A stretch of 64,000 bases of DNA from a virus (Duplodnaviria; Heunggongvirae; Uroviricota; Caudoviricetes). The position numbers and the translations under genes are program-made. Position 1 is the stretch's first letter. Each line of letters starts with the position of its first letter. This document shows positions 37,352 through 48,000 of the stretch, piece after piece. A model generated the notes under the pieces. The model was not told where the DNA came from and ran no database searches. It was given only the letters and a program-made list of their open reading frames with translations. The stretch is taken from IMG/VR virus record IMGVR_UViG_3300032167_007646. One strand, written 5' to 3'.

Positions 37352-38080
37352 TTATTTTATATCTGAATAAATTTTACTTATTCTATCTATACTTTTTTCA
37401 AAATACTCTCCATTTAGCTCACAACCATAAAAATTCCTATCCAAATTAACACAAGCCAACGCTGTTGTTCCACTACCTGAAAAACAATCTAATACATTAT
37501 CTCCAATATTAGAATGTTTTTTAACCAATTCTTCTATTAAACCTAAAGGTTTTTGAGTAGGATGAAATCTATCTTTACTATGACAAATAGGATATTTATA
37601 AACACCTATATCATATTCACTATTAAAAGTTGGTTTTGACCCTTTTACACCAACAACTGCTATCTCACGAGAATTAGTTAAATAATTCACTTTACTATTA
37701 ATTGGAACAGGATTTGTCTTTTGCCATTCTATGAAACGTAACTGCTTAAATTTTGCATTCTCAAAATATTCTTTTAATTTAGTTATTTTCCATAAATCAT
37801 AAAAACAGATTAAAGTTCCACCTTTACGAAGTACCCTGTAACTATCCAATATAACTTTATCTAAACCTATGAAATTATTATCCCAATCACCAAAATCCAT
37901 AGACATTCTAAATCTATCAACATCTCTACCTGTTTTTTCACTTTTGGCAAAATTTGTTTCCCTTGAAACTTCATAAGGAGGGTCTATTAAGACTAAATCT
38001 ATACTATTTGACTCAAGAGTCTTTATATATTCAAAACAAGAAACATTCTTTAATTCTATATGTAAATCATTATTAGTCAA
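37352..38080 (-). CDS. Beta-class DNA adenine methyltransferase
   Basis: LVLIDPPYE, HPTQKPLGLI, VLDCFSGSGTT. Confidence 0.92.
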   Translation of the reverse strand: MTNNDLHIELKNVSCFEYIKTLESNSIDLVLIDPPYEVSRETNFAKSEKTGRDVDRFRMSMDFGDWDNNFIGLDKVILDSYRVLRKGGTLICFYDLWKITKLKEYFENAKFKQLRFIEWQKTNPVPINSKVNYLTNSREIAVVGVKGSKPTFNSEYDIGVYKYPICHSKDRFHPTQKPLGLIEELVKKHSNIGDNVLDCFSGSGTTALACVNLDRNFYGCELNGEYFEKSIDRISKIYSDIK

Positions 38081-38112
38081 AATAAAACCCCTCCTATAAA
38101 TAATTATAAATA

Positions 38113-38439
38113 TTACATTCCACTAAGACCTATAAGAGCAAGAATACTTGCACCACTTATAGCAATAACAAGAAGAGCTCCTAATATACCACAAATCTGT
38201 AAAGCAAAGAATACCCAAGGAAGCCAAGTAGGACAATCATCTGCTTTTAAAGGCTGACCATTTTTATCTGTCATAGTATTTTTAGCATGCTTATACATAT
38301 CAATAATAGTACCTACTCCACAGCAACCACCTGTTAAGAGCCAAATGATACCTGTACCAATTTTACCTAAATAAAATCTATGAATACCCCAGCATCCTAA
38401 AAATCCATTTAACAATGTTGAAACCAATTTACTTTTCAT
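38113..38439 (-). CDS. TM2/NINE domain membrane protein
   Basis: FLGCWGIHRFYLGKIGTGIIWLLTGG. Confidence 0.88.
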   Translation of the reverse strand: MKSKLVSTLLNGFLGCWGIHRFYLGKIGTGIIWLLTGGCCGVGTIIDMYKHAKNTMTDKNGQPLKADDCPTWLPWVFFALQICGILGALLVIAISGASILALIGLSGM

Positions 38440-38596
38440 TACCTTTTCACCACCTTTACGCTATGATATAGTATAAATGATTTTATATAAATCAAAGAAA
38501 TTGACTAATTTCATACTTTTATTTTACAAACTGTCCATCAATATGTCCAAAAAAGAACACAGATGCTTTTATATTATAACATCTGTGTTTTACAAA

Positions 38597-38809
38597 TTAT
38601 TTCTGTTTATGTTTTATATTATCAATTAAAAGTTCTGTTTCTTCTCTCCATTCCCCCATTATACCTACTTTTTCTATATAACCCCTCATATAAGAAACAA
38701 ATCTTTCTACTTCCACTACATTTTCCTTATACCCTAATTCTTCTTTAAAAATTTTACGCAAAGCTTCCAAAATAGATTCTTTAATATAATTTTCATATTC
38801 TACTTTCAT
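38597..38809 (-). CDS. Small hypothetical protein
   Basis: 70 aa, GAGGAGG RBS. Confidence 0.65.
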   Translation of the reverse strand: MKVEYENYIKESILEALRKIFKEELGYKENVVEVERFVSYMRGYIEKVGIMGEWREETELLIDNIKHKQK

Positions 38810-38831
38810 ATAGATAGCCTCCTCAATTTCT

Positions 38832-40163
38832 TTATAAAATAACTTCTTTTATAGTCATAAAATACCCCAATTCATTTATTTTATAAACTTCACAAACAAG
38901 TTCAATTTCCCCATTTGGTCCTACTTTATTTACAAAATGCTCTATCATATTATTCTCATCTGTTTCTCTATCTATATAACAAAGAACTGAAATAAATGTA
39001 AATTCTTCATTCTCACCTTTTAATGAAATATAAGGTTCATCTTCTCCTAAATTCATAGTTGCAATAGTACCTGATACTTTTATATTTTTATTTAAGTATT
39101 TTTCTTTTGTTTGTACTAAATCTAATTGTAAATCATTCTTTAACTCATCAAAAGAAACTTCTAATTCATACTCTGTACTACCCATTACTTCTGAAAAATA
39201 TTTAACATATTCTTCTGATGGACCCTCATCCACTACTTCTTCTAACTTAAAATATATTTCATTTATATCTAAATAATAATTACTACTATCTATATCTGAT
39301 ATATAACAAACCATACTTATTTCTTCTTTTTTATTATACTTTTTTAATTCTTCAATTTGCTTATTTCTTTCTTCTTCATCACTATCTAAATAACAAATAA
39401 TTTTTTTACTGTTATTTCTATCTAACGAAATTAGTGTTACATAAGGCTTATCTACATCTAACTTTAATTCACCTAAACCACCTTTTACTCTTACATCCTT
39501 ACCTAAATACTCTATTATTGCCTCTTCTTTACCCTCATTTAACTTTGCAATTAAATCATCCACAGAAACCTCTGTATCAAAATTTGTTATATGTTCTGAA
39601 TTATCATTATATTCTTTTGTGTCATCAAAATCTTTTGGACTTTCAAAATCAATATCATCATCATAACCGTCATTATCTAAATCACTATAATTATCTTCTT
39701 TTTTCTGTTTTTCTTCTTTTTCTTTCTTTTCCCCTCTATCTTCTAAACCATAATCTATTTTTTCTTCCACTACTTCAATGTCTTGAATTTTTATCTCATC
39801 TTCAACTTGATTTATTTTAAATATTGTAAGACCTACTGTAGCACCAACTATTATCATAACAATACATAAAATTAAACATATTATACAAGCAACTGCATCA
39901 ATAATCCAGGGTATATGATTCTTTACATCTTCAACTAAATTATTACCATTTTTATCAGTCATCTTATTACGACAAATATTTATATTATCTACTAACGTTC
40001 CTATACCAAAACAACCATGAGTTAATAACCATAAAATACCTGTTCCTATTTTACCTAAATAAAATCTATGAATACCAAAACCACCTAAAAAGAAACAAAG
40101 TAAAAAAGTAACTAATTTACTTTTCATACAATCAGTCCTCCTTAAATTTACAAAATTACCCAT
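38832..40163 (-). CDS. TM2 domain protein with acidic linker and two tRNA_anti-like OB-fold repeats
   Basis: FLGGFGIHRFYLGKIGTG (true start about 40127); repeats EVSVDDLI...YLGKDVRVKG and EVSFDELK...YLNKNIKVSG. Confidence 0.8.
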   Translation of the reverse strand: MGNFVNLRRTDCMKSKLVTFLLCFFLGGFGIHRFYLGKIGTGILWLLTHGCFGIGTLVDNINICRNKMTDKNGNNLVEDVKNHIPWIIDAVACIICLILCIVMIIVGATVGLTIFKINQVEDEIKIQDIEVVEEKIDYGLEDRGEKKEKEEKQKKEDNYSDLDNDGYDDDIDFESPKDFDDTKEYNDNSEHITNFDTEVSVDDLIAKLNEGKEEAIIEYLGKDVRVKGGLGELKLDVDKPYVTLISLDRNNSKKIICYLDSDEEERNKQIEELKKYNKKEEISMVCYISDIDSSNYYLDINEIYFKLEEVVDEGPSEEYVKYFSEVMGSTEYELEVSFDELKNDLQLDLVQTKEKYLNKNIKVSGTIATMNLGEDEPYISLKGENEEFTFISVLCYIDRETDENNMIEHFVNKVGPNGEIELVCEVYKINELGYFMTIKEVIL

Positions 40164-40199
40164 ATTATATTAGTTATTTTTGTCCAAATATAACAAAAA

Positions 40200-40223
40200 C
40201 AGTGGATGTAATCACATCCACTG
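40200..40223 (-). terminator. Probable terminator overlapping the stop of 40212
   Basis: cagtggatgt/acatccactg. Confidence 0.65.
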
Positions 40224-40868
40224 CTTCCTTTTTTTAGTACAATCTTTCCAACTCTTACTACCCAATCTACTTCTTGTAAGGTCATCCCATACAGTAGGTA
40301 AACTATAACCACTACGAGAGGGTCTTACATAATCCTTATATTCAGGAATACTATTTAATCTTCTCTCATTCATAGTATGAGGATGTCTGTAGGCTCTACA
40401 ACGAGAACCAATAGAACCCACACAAGGTACAGGGTCAGAACGATATTCATAAGGAATATCTCTATACCATCTATACTTTTTCTTCTTTTTCCAAAGATTT
40501 ATATAGTCAGTAATACCATTATCCCTATAAAAATCAATCTTTGATTTATATATACGAGGGTCAATAATACGATAATTGCCATCTACAAACATATATTGTT
40601 TATTATAAATAACATACTCAATATCTGAATGATAATCACCATTACTATCTGTATAACCCTTATGTCTAATAGGAAAATAATACTTATCATTTCCCATATT
40701 TATATTATCAAGATATGTATTACTATAAGTATTACCACACCAATTCTTTTGAGAATTTGCTGCTAAAAACTTTAACATATCATCAATACTAGGAAATGCG
40801 TGGGTATAATACCCATTATTCACATCATACAAATAAATCTTTTCACTTAAATTTTCAATCTTATACAT
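40212..40868 (-). CDS. Hypothetical basic protein with LPxxWDD...SWK...QW C-terminus
   Basis: YRHPHTMNERR...RPSR...LPTVWDDLTR...SWKDCTKKRKQW. Confidence 0.75.
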   Translation of the reverse strand: MYKIENLSEKIYLYDVNNGYYTHAFPSIDDMLKFLAANSQKNWCGNTYSNTYLDNINMGNDKYYFPIRHKGYTDSNGDYHSDIEYVIYNKQYMFVDGNYRIIDPRIYKSKIDFYRDNGITDYINLWKKKKKYRWYRDIPYEYRSDPVPCVGSIGSRCRAYRHPHTMNERRLNSIPEYKDYVRPSRSGYSLPTVWDDLTRSRLGSKSWKDCTKKRKQWM

Positions 40869-40957
40869 TATTAAGCAACCTCCTTTATTAAGTTACTTAA
40901 TAATCATTCCACACCTTCATAATTAACACTCCAATCTATTTATACTTAATTTTTCAC

Positions 40958-42388
40958 TTAAATAATATTTTTCCAATCTACAGCTTCTTCTAACAATGTA
41001 TCAGCAACCATTAAACCCTGTGCTGCTGCCTGTGCTAAACTACGAGTAAATCCTGCACCATCACCAATAGCATAATAACCACTATGACAGTCTAATTCAA
41101 ACTTATCATTTGTTTTAGGTCTTGCACTATAATACTTACATTCAATACCATAAAGTAATGTATCGTAATTTGCTGTTCCTGGTGCTATCTCATCCAAAGC
41201 ATGTAATGTTTCAATAATATTGTCCAACTGTCTCTTTGGTAAACATAAACTTAAATCACCTGCTACTGCACCTTTTAATGATGGTCTTACAGTAGATTTC
41301 TGAAGTCTATGTTCATCAGTCCTTCTACCATTCTCCAAATCACCTAAACGCTGCACAAGCACAGAACCACCACTAATCATGTTGGCCATACTTGCAACAT
41401 GTCTTGCATATTCAATAGGCTTATTAAATGGTTGTGTAAACTTAATAGTAGATAACAAAGCAAAGTTTGTATTTTCTGTCTTTTTATCCTCTGCTTTATA
41501 AGCATGACCATTAACTGTCAATACACCATTTGTATTCTCTATTACAACCTCACCTCTACCATTAAAGCAGAACATTCTAGTACTATCACCATATTTCTTA
41601 CTAATATAATGAATTTTAGGTTCATAGATTTTCTTTTCAAAATCTTCCCAAATAACTGCAGGAAGTTCTACACGCACACCTATATCAACTTGATTATTAG
41701 TTAATTCAATTCCTTGTGCCTGACACCAAGAACTAAAGAAATTACTACCTACTCTACCCACTGCAAATATAACCTTATCTACTAAATCATACCCTTCTAA
41801 ACCATTCTTTGATTTATTAGTAAAATAAATGCACTTTTTATCATCATTTGTTGAATTATCACCAACACAAGTTACATTACAGTTGGTCTTAATCTCTACA
41901 TTATCTAATCTTTCTAAAAACTCAATCATATTTACCATTGTTTCAAAATTAGCATCTGTACCTAAATGCTTACATTGTGATTGAGCCATATGTAAATCAT
42001 GTTGTAAACATAACTTCTTCAATTCATTATTTGGCATATATCTATCATTTGTTGCACCAAAATCTACAAGAATAGAGTCTGCTTCTTCTATATAATTTAA
42101 TACTTCATCTCTATCTCTAATATCTTGCAACCAACCGCCAAATTCAGTAGTTATATTATATTTACCATCACTAAAGGCACCTGCACCTGCCATACCCTCC
42201 ATAATAGCACAATGGTTACACTTAATACACTTATCCACTTTCTTTGCTAAAATAGGACAAGAACGCTTTTTAATAGGATTACCCTTTTCATAAATAATTA
42301 CTTTAATTTTTGGATTGTTAGTAGCCATCTTATAAGCAGCCATTAAACTACTAATTCCACCACCAATAATTCCAACTTTCATCCTCAT
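40958..42388 (-). CDS. FAD-dependent oxidoreductase (COG2509-like)
   Basis: IIGGGISS, YEKG, GMAGAGAFSDGK, AIGDGAGFTRSLAQAA. Confidence 0.9.
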   Translation of the reverse strand: MRMKVGIIGGGISSLMAAYKMATNNPKIKVIIYEKGNPIKKRSCPILAKKVDKCIKCNHCAIMEGMAGAGAFSDGKYNITTEFGGWLQDIRDRDEVLNYIEEADSILVDFGATNDRYMPNNELKKLCLQHDLHMAQSQCKHLGTDANFETMVNMIEFLERLDNVEIKTNCNVTCVGDNSTNDDKKCIYFTNKSKNGLEGYDLVDKVIFAVGRVGSNFFSSWCQAQGIELTNNQVDIGVRVELPAVIWEDFEKKIYEPKIHYISKKYGDSTRMFCFNGRGEVVIENTNGVLTVNGHAYKAEDKKTENTNFALLSTIKFTQPFNKPIEYARHVASMANMISGGSVLVQRLGDLENGRRTDEHRLQKSTVRPSLKGAVAGDLSLCLPKRQLDNIIETLHALDEIAPGTANYDTLLYGIECKYYSARPKTNDKFELDCHSGYYAIGDGAGFTRSLAQAAAQGLMVADTLLEEAVDWKNII

Positions 42389-42392
42389 AACC

Positions 42393-43277
42393 TCACTTCA
42401 AAATTGTAACTTTTTCACCCATTTGTCTTTCAAACGCACTATAGCAAGACATTTTAGGTGGTCTATCAAATACTGCAAAAACTATTTTATCAAAACTATT
42501 TTCAAACACTTCTAAATTTATTAAATCTATCCAATTCTTTGCTATAACATTTGGGTCATTATCAAATACACCACAGCCAAATGCACCTAAAATAAGAGTT
42601 TTACAACCTCTTTCTTTAAACTCTAGCAATATCTTAAACATACGATTTTTCATATCCCAATCAGACTCTTTTACACCATTTCTCATATCTACTCTTTTGA
42701 GAATTGCACCTCTGTTAATTGCTGGACAAGTTATAACATCTGCTAAAACATATTCTACATTTTTATAATCTCCATTCTTAAAGAAAGGTACTTTTGGAGA
42801 AAAAATCATATTATCTGTATAATCAGGTAATGGATGTTTAAAATTCTCTGTATAATACTGATGTGCTTCATCTGTCATTAAAGAATCATATAATGCTGAA
42901 CACAAACACAAACTTTCTTCTTGTGCTTTTGCACCTGTAAGCCAACCACCACCTGGATTTCTTGCAGAAGCAAAATTCAAAACACCAAGATTATCTGTAC
43001 CCTTTAATCTTAATATAGCATCAACTGTCTTTTCTGTTGTTAATTCTATATCTATTTTACTAAAATTGTCTAACTTATTATATAAATTAAATGAGGGATA
43101 TTTTTTATTTTCACTTATAAAACTTGTATTATATTTCATTCTGTCAATAGCACAACTAATATCAATAATTTTTCCATTATATGAATATCTACCACTTTTA
43201 CAAATTTCTAATACAGATTTTGCATTTGGAACTATTGCGAATCTATCTCTATCCATCATAATTACACCACCAATCAA
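42393..43277 (-). CDS. TIGR02452/DUF2263 macrodomain protein, bacterial-type poly(ADP-ribose) glycohydrolase
   Basis: VLNFASARNPGGGWLTGAKAQEESLC (GGG-X7-QEE), IFSPKVPFF, LILGAFGCGVF.N. Confidence 0.9.
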   Translation of the reverse strand: MIGGVIMMDRDRFAIVPNAKSVLEICKSGRYSYNGKIIDISCAIDRMKYNTSFISENKKYPSFNLYNKLDNFSKIDIELTTEKTVDAILRLKGTDNLGVLNFASARNPGGGWLTGAKAQEESLCLCSALYDSLMTDEAHQYYTENFKHPLPDYTDNMIFSPKVPFFKNGDYKNVEYVLADVITCPAINRGAILKRVDMRNGVKESDWDMKNRMFKILLEFKERGCKTLILGAFGCGVFDNDPNVIAKNWIDLINLEVFENSFDKIVFAVFDRPPKMSCYSAFERQMGEKVTILK

Positions 43278-44899
43278 TTTACTTTTTCTAATTTACTATT
43301 CTCAAATTTATAGCAATTATTACAAATTTCTATTATCTTTGGTCTATGAGTTACTATTACAACTGTCTTATCTTTTAATACACTTTTTATTAACTCAACC
43401 ATTTTTTCTTCTGTTTCTACATCTACATTACTTGTAGGTTCATCCAACAAATAAATTTCTTTATCTTTTCTTAATAAACCCCTAATTAAATTTAATCTTT
43501 GTCTTTGACCTGTTGAAACAAAGACACCCCTCTCACCTAATAAAGTATCTAAACCATATTTTTGTCTATCAAACCAATCTTTTAACCCTACCTGTTCTAT
43601 ATAATCTATCAACAATTCATCTGAAATATTTTCACTACCTAAAACTAAATTATCCCTTAAACTCATATCTAATATTTCAGTATCTTGCGCTATAAATACA
43701 CACTCTAAACGCTTATCTGTCTTTTCACCATTTATATACACATTATCTGTCTCTATTTCACCTGATAATATATGAAGTAAAGTAGTTTTACCTTGACCTG
43801 ATTCACCATAAATACAAGTAATATCACCTCTATTTAATTCAAACAAAGGAATATTTATATGTACTAACTTATCTATATTTTCTTTTTCTATTTGATAAGT
43901 AAAATCTAAATTCTCTATTTTTGCACTTACAAAATCATTCTCATCTAATTGATTTCTCTTATTCATATCTGCAACTACTTCATCTAATTTTTTCTTTGCA
44001 CCCAAAAATTCCATATTTTTTTCAAAGGTTACAGAAAAATGTTTTGCAATATGAACCAATTGTAACCCTACAACAGATATTAAAGAGAAAAAGCCAACTG
44101 CATCAAATGAAGTACCTTGTAAAAAATTAAAGTATATTAACAAACAAATAGGTACAAACATAAATATTGACATTTTAAAGAAACAGAAAAAGAATTCTTT
44201 TGTCATACTATATTTTATAGTTCTTCTTCTACAGTCCTCAACTCTTTCTACCATTTTACTATCTATAAAATCAAAACCTTGCATTTTTTGAACTGTACCT
44301 ATATTTATAACTGTATCAGCAACTAACTTATTTCTTAAACCCTCTGCTTCTGTTAATTCACTTGCTCTTTTCTTTACAAATCTACTTCCTATTATTTGAA
44401 AAGTTACAGCCAACAATATTAAAAAAACAAATACTAAACCTAAACTCCAATGAAAATCCCATATTTTATAACTAAAGAATAAAATATAAAACAATGATAA
44501 AGGAAATTGCTGAACAGTCTGTGTATAAGCATTAACTTGACGAGCAATCATTTTTGTTAATAAACCACTTATATATCCTGTATTATATTTTTTAAGAACA
44601 GTAGGCTTTATATTATATATTTTCTTAAAGTATAATGAACTTACACCATTTTCAATACTTGTTAAAGACATATCATTATAACAATCTGCTATAAACTCTA
44701 ATACAGCCCAAATAAAGAAAAATAAAGCATAATGCAAAATTAATATAGGTAAATTTTCTATATCATTTACAACTTTTTCAGTTAATCCTGCTAATATTAA
44801 AACATAATTACAACTAAATATAGACCATAAAGCAGAAAAACAAACTTCTATTATAGGTCTCCATTTTGGTATTCCCTGAAATACTTTCACTATACTCAC
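43274..44899 (-). CDS. ABC exporter, fused permease + ATPase
   Basis: Multiple TMs; Walker A GESGQGKTT, signature VSTGQRQR, Walker B LLDEPT, H-loop VTHR. Confidence 0.92.
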   Translation of the reverse strand: MSIVKVFQGIPKWRPIIEVCFSALWSIFSCNYVLILAGLTEKVVNDIENLPILILHYALFFFIWAVLEFIADCYNDMSLTSIENGVSSLYFKKIYNIKPTVLKKYNTGYISGLLTKMIARQVNAYTQTVQQFPLSLFYILFFSYKIWDFHWSLGLVFVFLILLAVTFQIIGSRFVKKRASELTEAEGLRNKLVADTVINIGTVQKMQGFDFIDSKMVERVEDCRRRTIKYSMTKEFFFCFFKMSIFMFVPICLLIYFNFLQGTSFDAVGFFSLISVVGLQLVHIAKHFSVTFEKNMEFLGAKKKLDEVVADMNKRNQLDENDFVSAKIENLDFTYQIEKENIDKLVHINIPLFELNRGDITCIYGESGQGKTTLLHILSGEIETDNVYINGEKTDKRLECVFIAQDTEILDMSLRDNLVLGSENISDELLIDYIEQVGLKDWFDRQKYGLDTLLGERGVFVSTGQRQRLNLIRGLLRKDKEIYLLDEPTSNVDVETEEKMVELIKSVLKDKTVVIVTHRPKIIEICNNCYKFENSKLEKVN

Positions 44900-44927
44900 C
44901 TACTTTATCACACATCATACCTATTTA

Positions 44928-44956
44928 ATTATATCATATTTAAAAATGTTTGTCAA
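44928..44956 (-). promoter_or_regulatory. Consensus sigmaA promoter for the ABC-PARG-FAD operon
   Basis: TTGACA, 17 nt, TGnTATAAT. Confidence 0.85.
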
Positions 44957-44969
44957 TATATAACAAAAG

Positions 44970-45003
44970 AAAAGCTATTCAAAGTTTACTCTGAATAGCT
45001 TTT
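44970..45003 (-). terminator. Terminator after adhesin gene
   Basis: aaaagctattca/tgaatagctttt. Confidence 0.8.
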
Positions 45004-45015
45004 ATATATTAATTG

Positions 45016-48000
45016 TTACTCTTTTTTATTTTTTAATATTACGATATATGCCCCAAAAGAACCTAAAATAAGCATTAGGCCTATTAATCTATAATATTTA
45101 TAACCATTACCACCTGTATTTGGTATAGTATCAGATTCTATAGTATCATAATAATTTTCAAAAACTATATATCCATCAACTGTTGTTTCCAAATCAGGAC
45201 TAATAGTTATTACACCATCTAATCCTACAATTACTGTATATACAGTTTCATCCAATTTATAATTTGCTGGTGCTTTTATTTCTTTAAGATAATAAGTCTC
45301 ACCTAAAGTTAATGCAGGAAAATAATATAAACCATTATCATAGTCAATAGAATTTTCTATTAAATCAGTACATTCAAAATCTGAATATAATCCAAACTCT
45401 GCAGCATACAATAATTTATTATTATCCCCATCTACTTTTTGAATTGTAAATGAACCTTTTCTATTTGCTATAAATATATTTGCAACGTGGTCTCTACACT
45501 CAAAATAAGTAATAAATTTACCTGCTAATCTTTCTGCACTATCACCTTTATCTACAGATAAGAAAAAGTATCTATTTTCACCATTTGAAAAATAACCATC
45601 TGGCACACTTACTTCTCTTACTTTTAACAAAGTATTCAAAGGTAATAGTAAACCATCTTCATTATTTAACCAAATAATTTGTCCATTTTCATCAGTTGTT
45701 TTATTACTCAATAAAACCCAAGGGTCTAACATTTGATTATTTATATAATCTAAAACTTCTTCTTTAGAAGATAAAGAGTTTAATGACTCTAATTCTTCAA
45801 CAGTTAAAGTTCTCATTTTATACAATTCAAATTCAGCACCTTGCAATTTTAATTCCAAATCATTAGCGTCATATTTATGAATTATAATTTCTGTTACATT
45901 TGCGTCAACATTACCCTCTGGCTGCACTATTGTTATATCATTAGATATATCATCACCTAAATTCTTAAATCCTGAAATATGTGCATTATTACTTATTGTT
46001 ACAGTTTGACCTGATATACCTATTATTCTTACTGAATAACTTACCCTATAATAATTTTGTACTACATCATTATCAATAATACAAGTCATTGTATGAATAC
46101 CAGGGTCATATAATAATCTAAACAAATCTTCATCCAAAGCATACCAATTTTCTTTATCATCACTATACTCTACAACTACAGAATCAGTTAAAAGATTCAT
46201 ATCTTTTGTCATTTCATCTATAATATGAATTCTATTTATACCCTCTAATAATGGATTTATAGCTTCTACAATAACTTCATATTTAGCAAGATATTTATTT
46301 GTATTATCTGGTACTTGCACCATTTGCTTCTCTAATACAGTATGTTTATACTCATATACTGAATTACTTAAACTTTCTAATTCACCAGTATTTAAATAAG
46401 CATAAGATTCATTACCTAAATTATATCTATATATACCCTCATTATTTAATTTATTTACATCTAAAGCCACTTTATACCTAATTATTGGAGAATAATAACG
46501 ACGACTCCATTCTTCTGTATACCAACAATAATTTGGAGTTATACCATAATAAGGTATTTCTAGTTCAAAACCAAAATCTGACTGCTCTTTTATAGTTGCC
46601 ATAGGAACAGAAACATAAATAGGATTATCAGATTCATCTTGCGTAGAATCCAAAAAATAATTTGCATTCTCATTTATATTTAATAAATTACTCTCCCAAG
46701 CATATTCACTATCTTCAAAAGGATATAAATAATAACTTAAATTTTCTGTATCTTTATTTATATCATCTACCCAATATACTTCTAATGAATCTTCCACATA
46801 TTTTGCATAAGTAATATCTTCAAGAGTATCTATATAAGTAAATCCTTTACCCTCTGAATAATTCATTACATTATGACGTATTTCATAAGTTAAAATTAAC
46901 TCTTTACCATCTGGACTTAATTCCTCATTTATAACATTTTTTCTAAAATACTTATAATTATTTCTACTTTGAACAATTAAAGTACTTTCTCCTCTTAATG
47001 GACCTACCCAACCATTTGTATACCAATCACAAAAATTCTTATGAATCTTAAAATCTTCCTTTGCACCCTCCAAAGTCATAGGAAATTCTAAATGTATATA
47101 CAAATCTTCTGGATATGCTGATAAACCACCATAAGAAAAGTCATCTGCATTATTATCATCCGCTAATGAGAAATATATATTAGGTGAGGGACCACCCTCA
47201 TAATTCTTATTATTTGTTCTATCAAAGAAAAGCAATCTATTTAAGATAGTATCAGTAATATCCTCACCATTTTTTGTTTTTATAGTAAAATCTATACCTA
47301 AATTTCTCGCTTCTTCTTGACTATATAATATATAAGAACCATATAAATCTGGAGTATCCAACTTCAACTTATCTATATAAGTAATATCACCATTTTCCTT
47401 AAATGGTGTATAATCTTCAAAAAAGAAATCTGATAATGGCTTATCCGCAGGTACAAACCAATCAATATACCAAGTTGTATATAAATTACCATGCTCATCT
47501 GATTTAATACCTGTATTACCCTTCTTAATTGTTGAAGGTTTATCTATAACCACAGTTTCATCAATAAATCCATTTTTTTCTACTTTTGAATGATTTACAA
47601 CATATTTACCGTCATTTTGCTCTAATTTTTCACTATACGTTGTAGCATATTCTATCATTACATACAATATACTACATTCCAAATCAGGTAATAAATATTT
47701 AAAAGATTTACCATACCAATAAATTGCTGAACCATCTGTTATAGGAAAATTATCCTCTGTTAAAGAATCAAATTCTTCTTGTGAATTACACTCTATCCAA
47801 GGAATTCTTTTATATACATCATCATATCCTTCCTCTGTACTATAAGCAATTATACTACCACCCTGATATGGAAATACATAATCTATTTCCTCTGATAATG
47901 TATCTGTAATTAAATAACCACCATAATCTATATGTTCATCAGAATACATACTTAGGTTCCAGTCAACATAACCTCTTCCATTTTTATAATTATCCAAATA

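Noticed and set aside
12310-38080. Restriction-modification systems
   Set aside because: No PD-(D/E)xK, HNH or GIY-YIG endonuclease recognised next to any of the four MTases, though an unrecognised REase cannot be fully excluded
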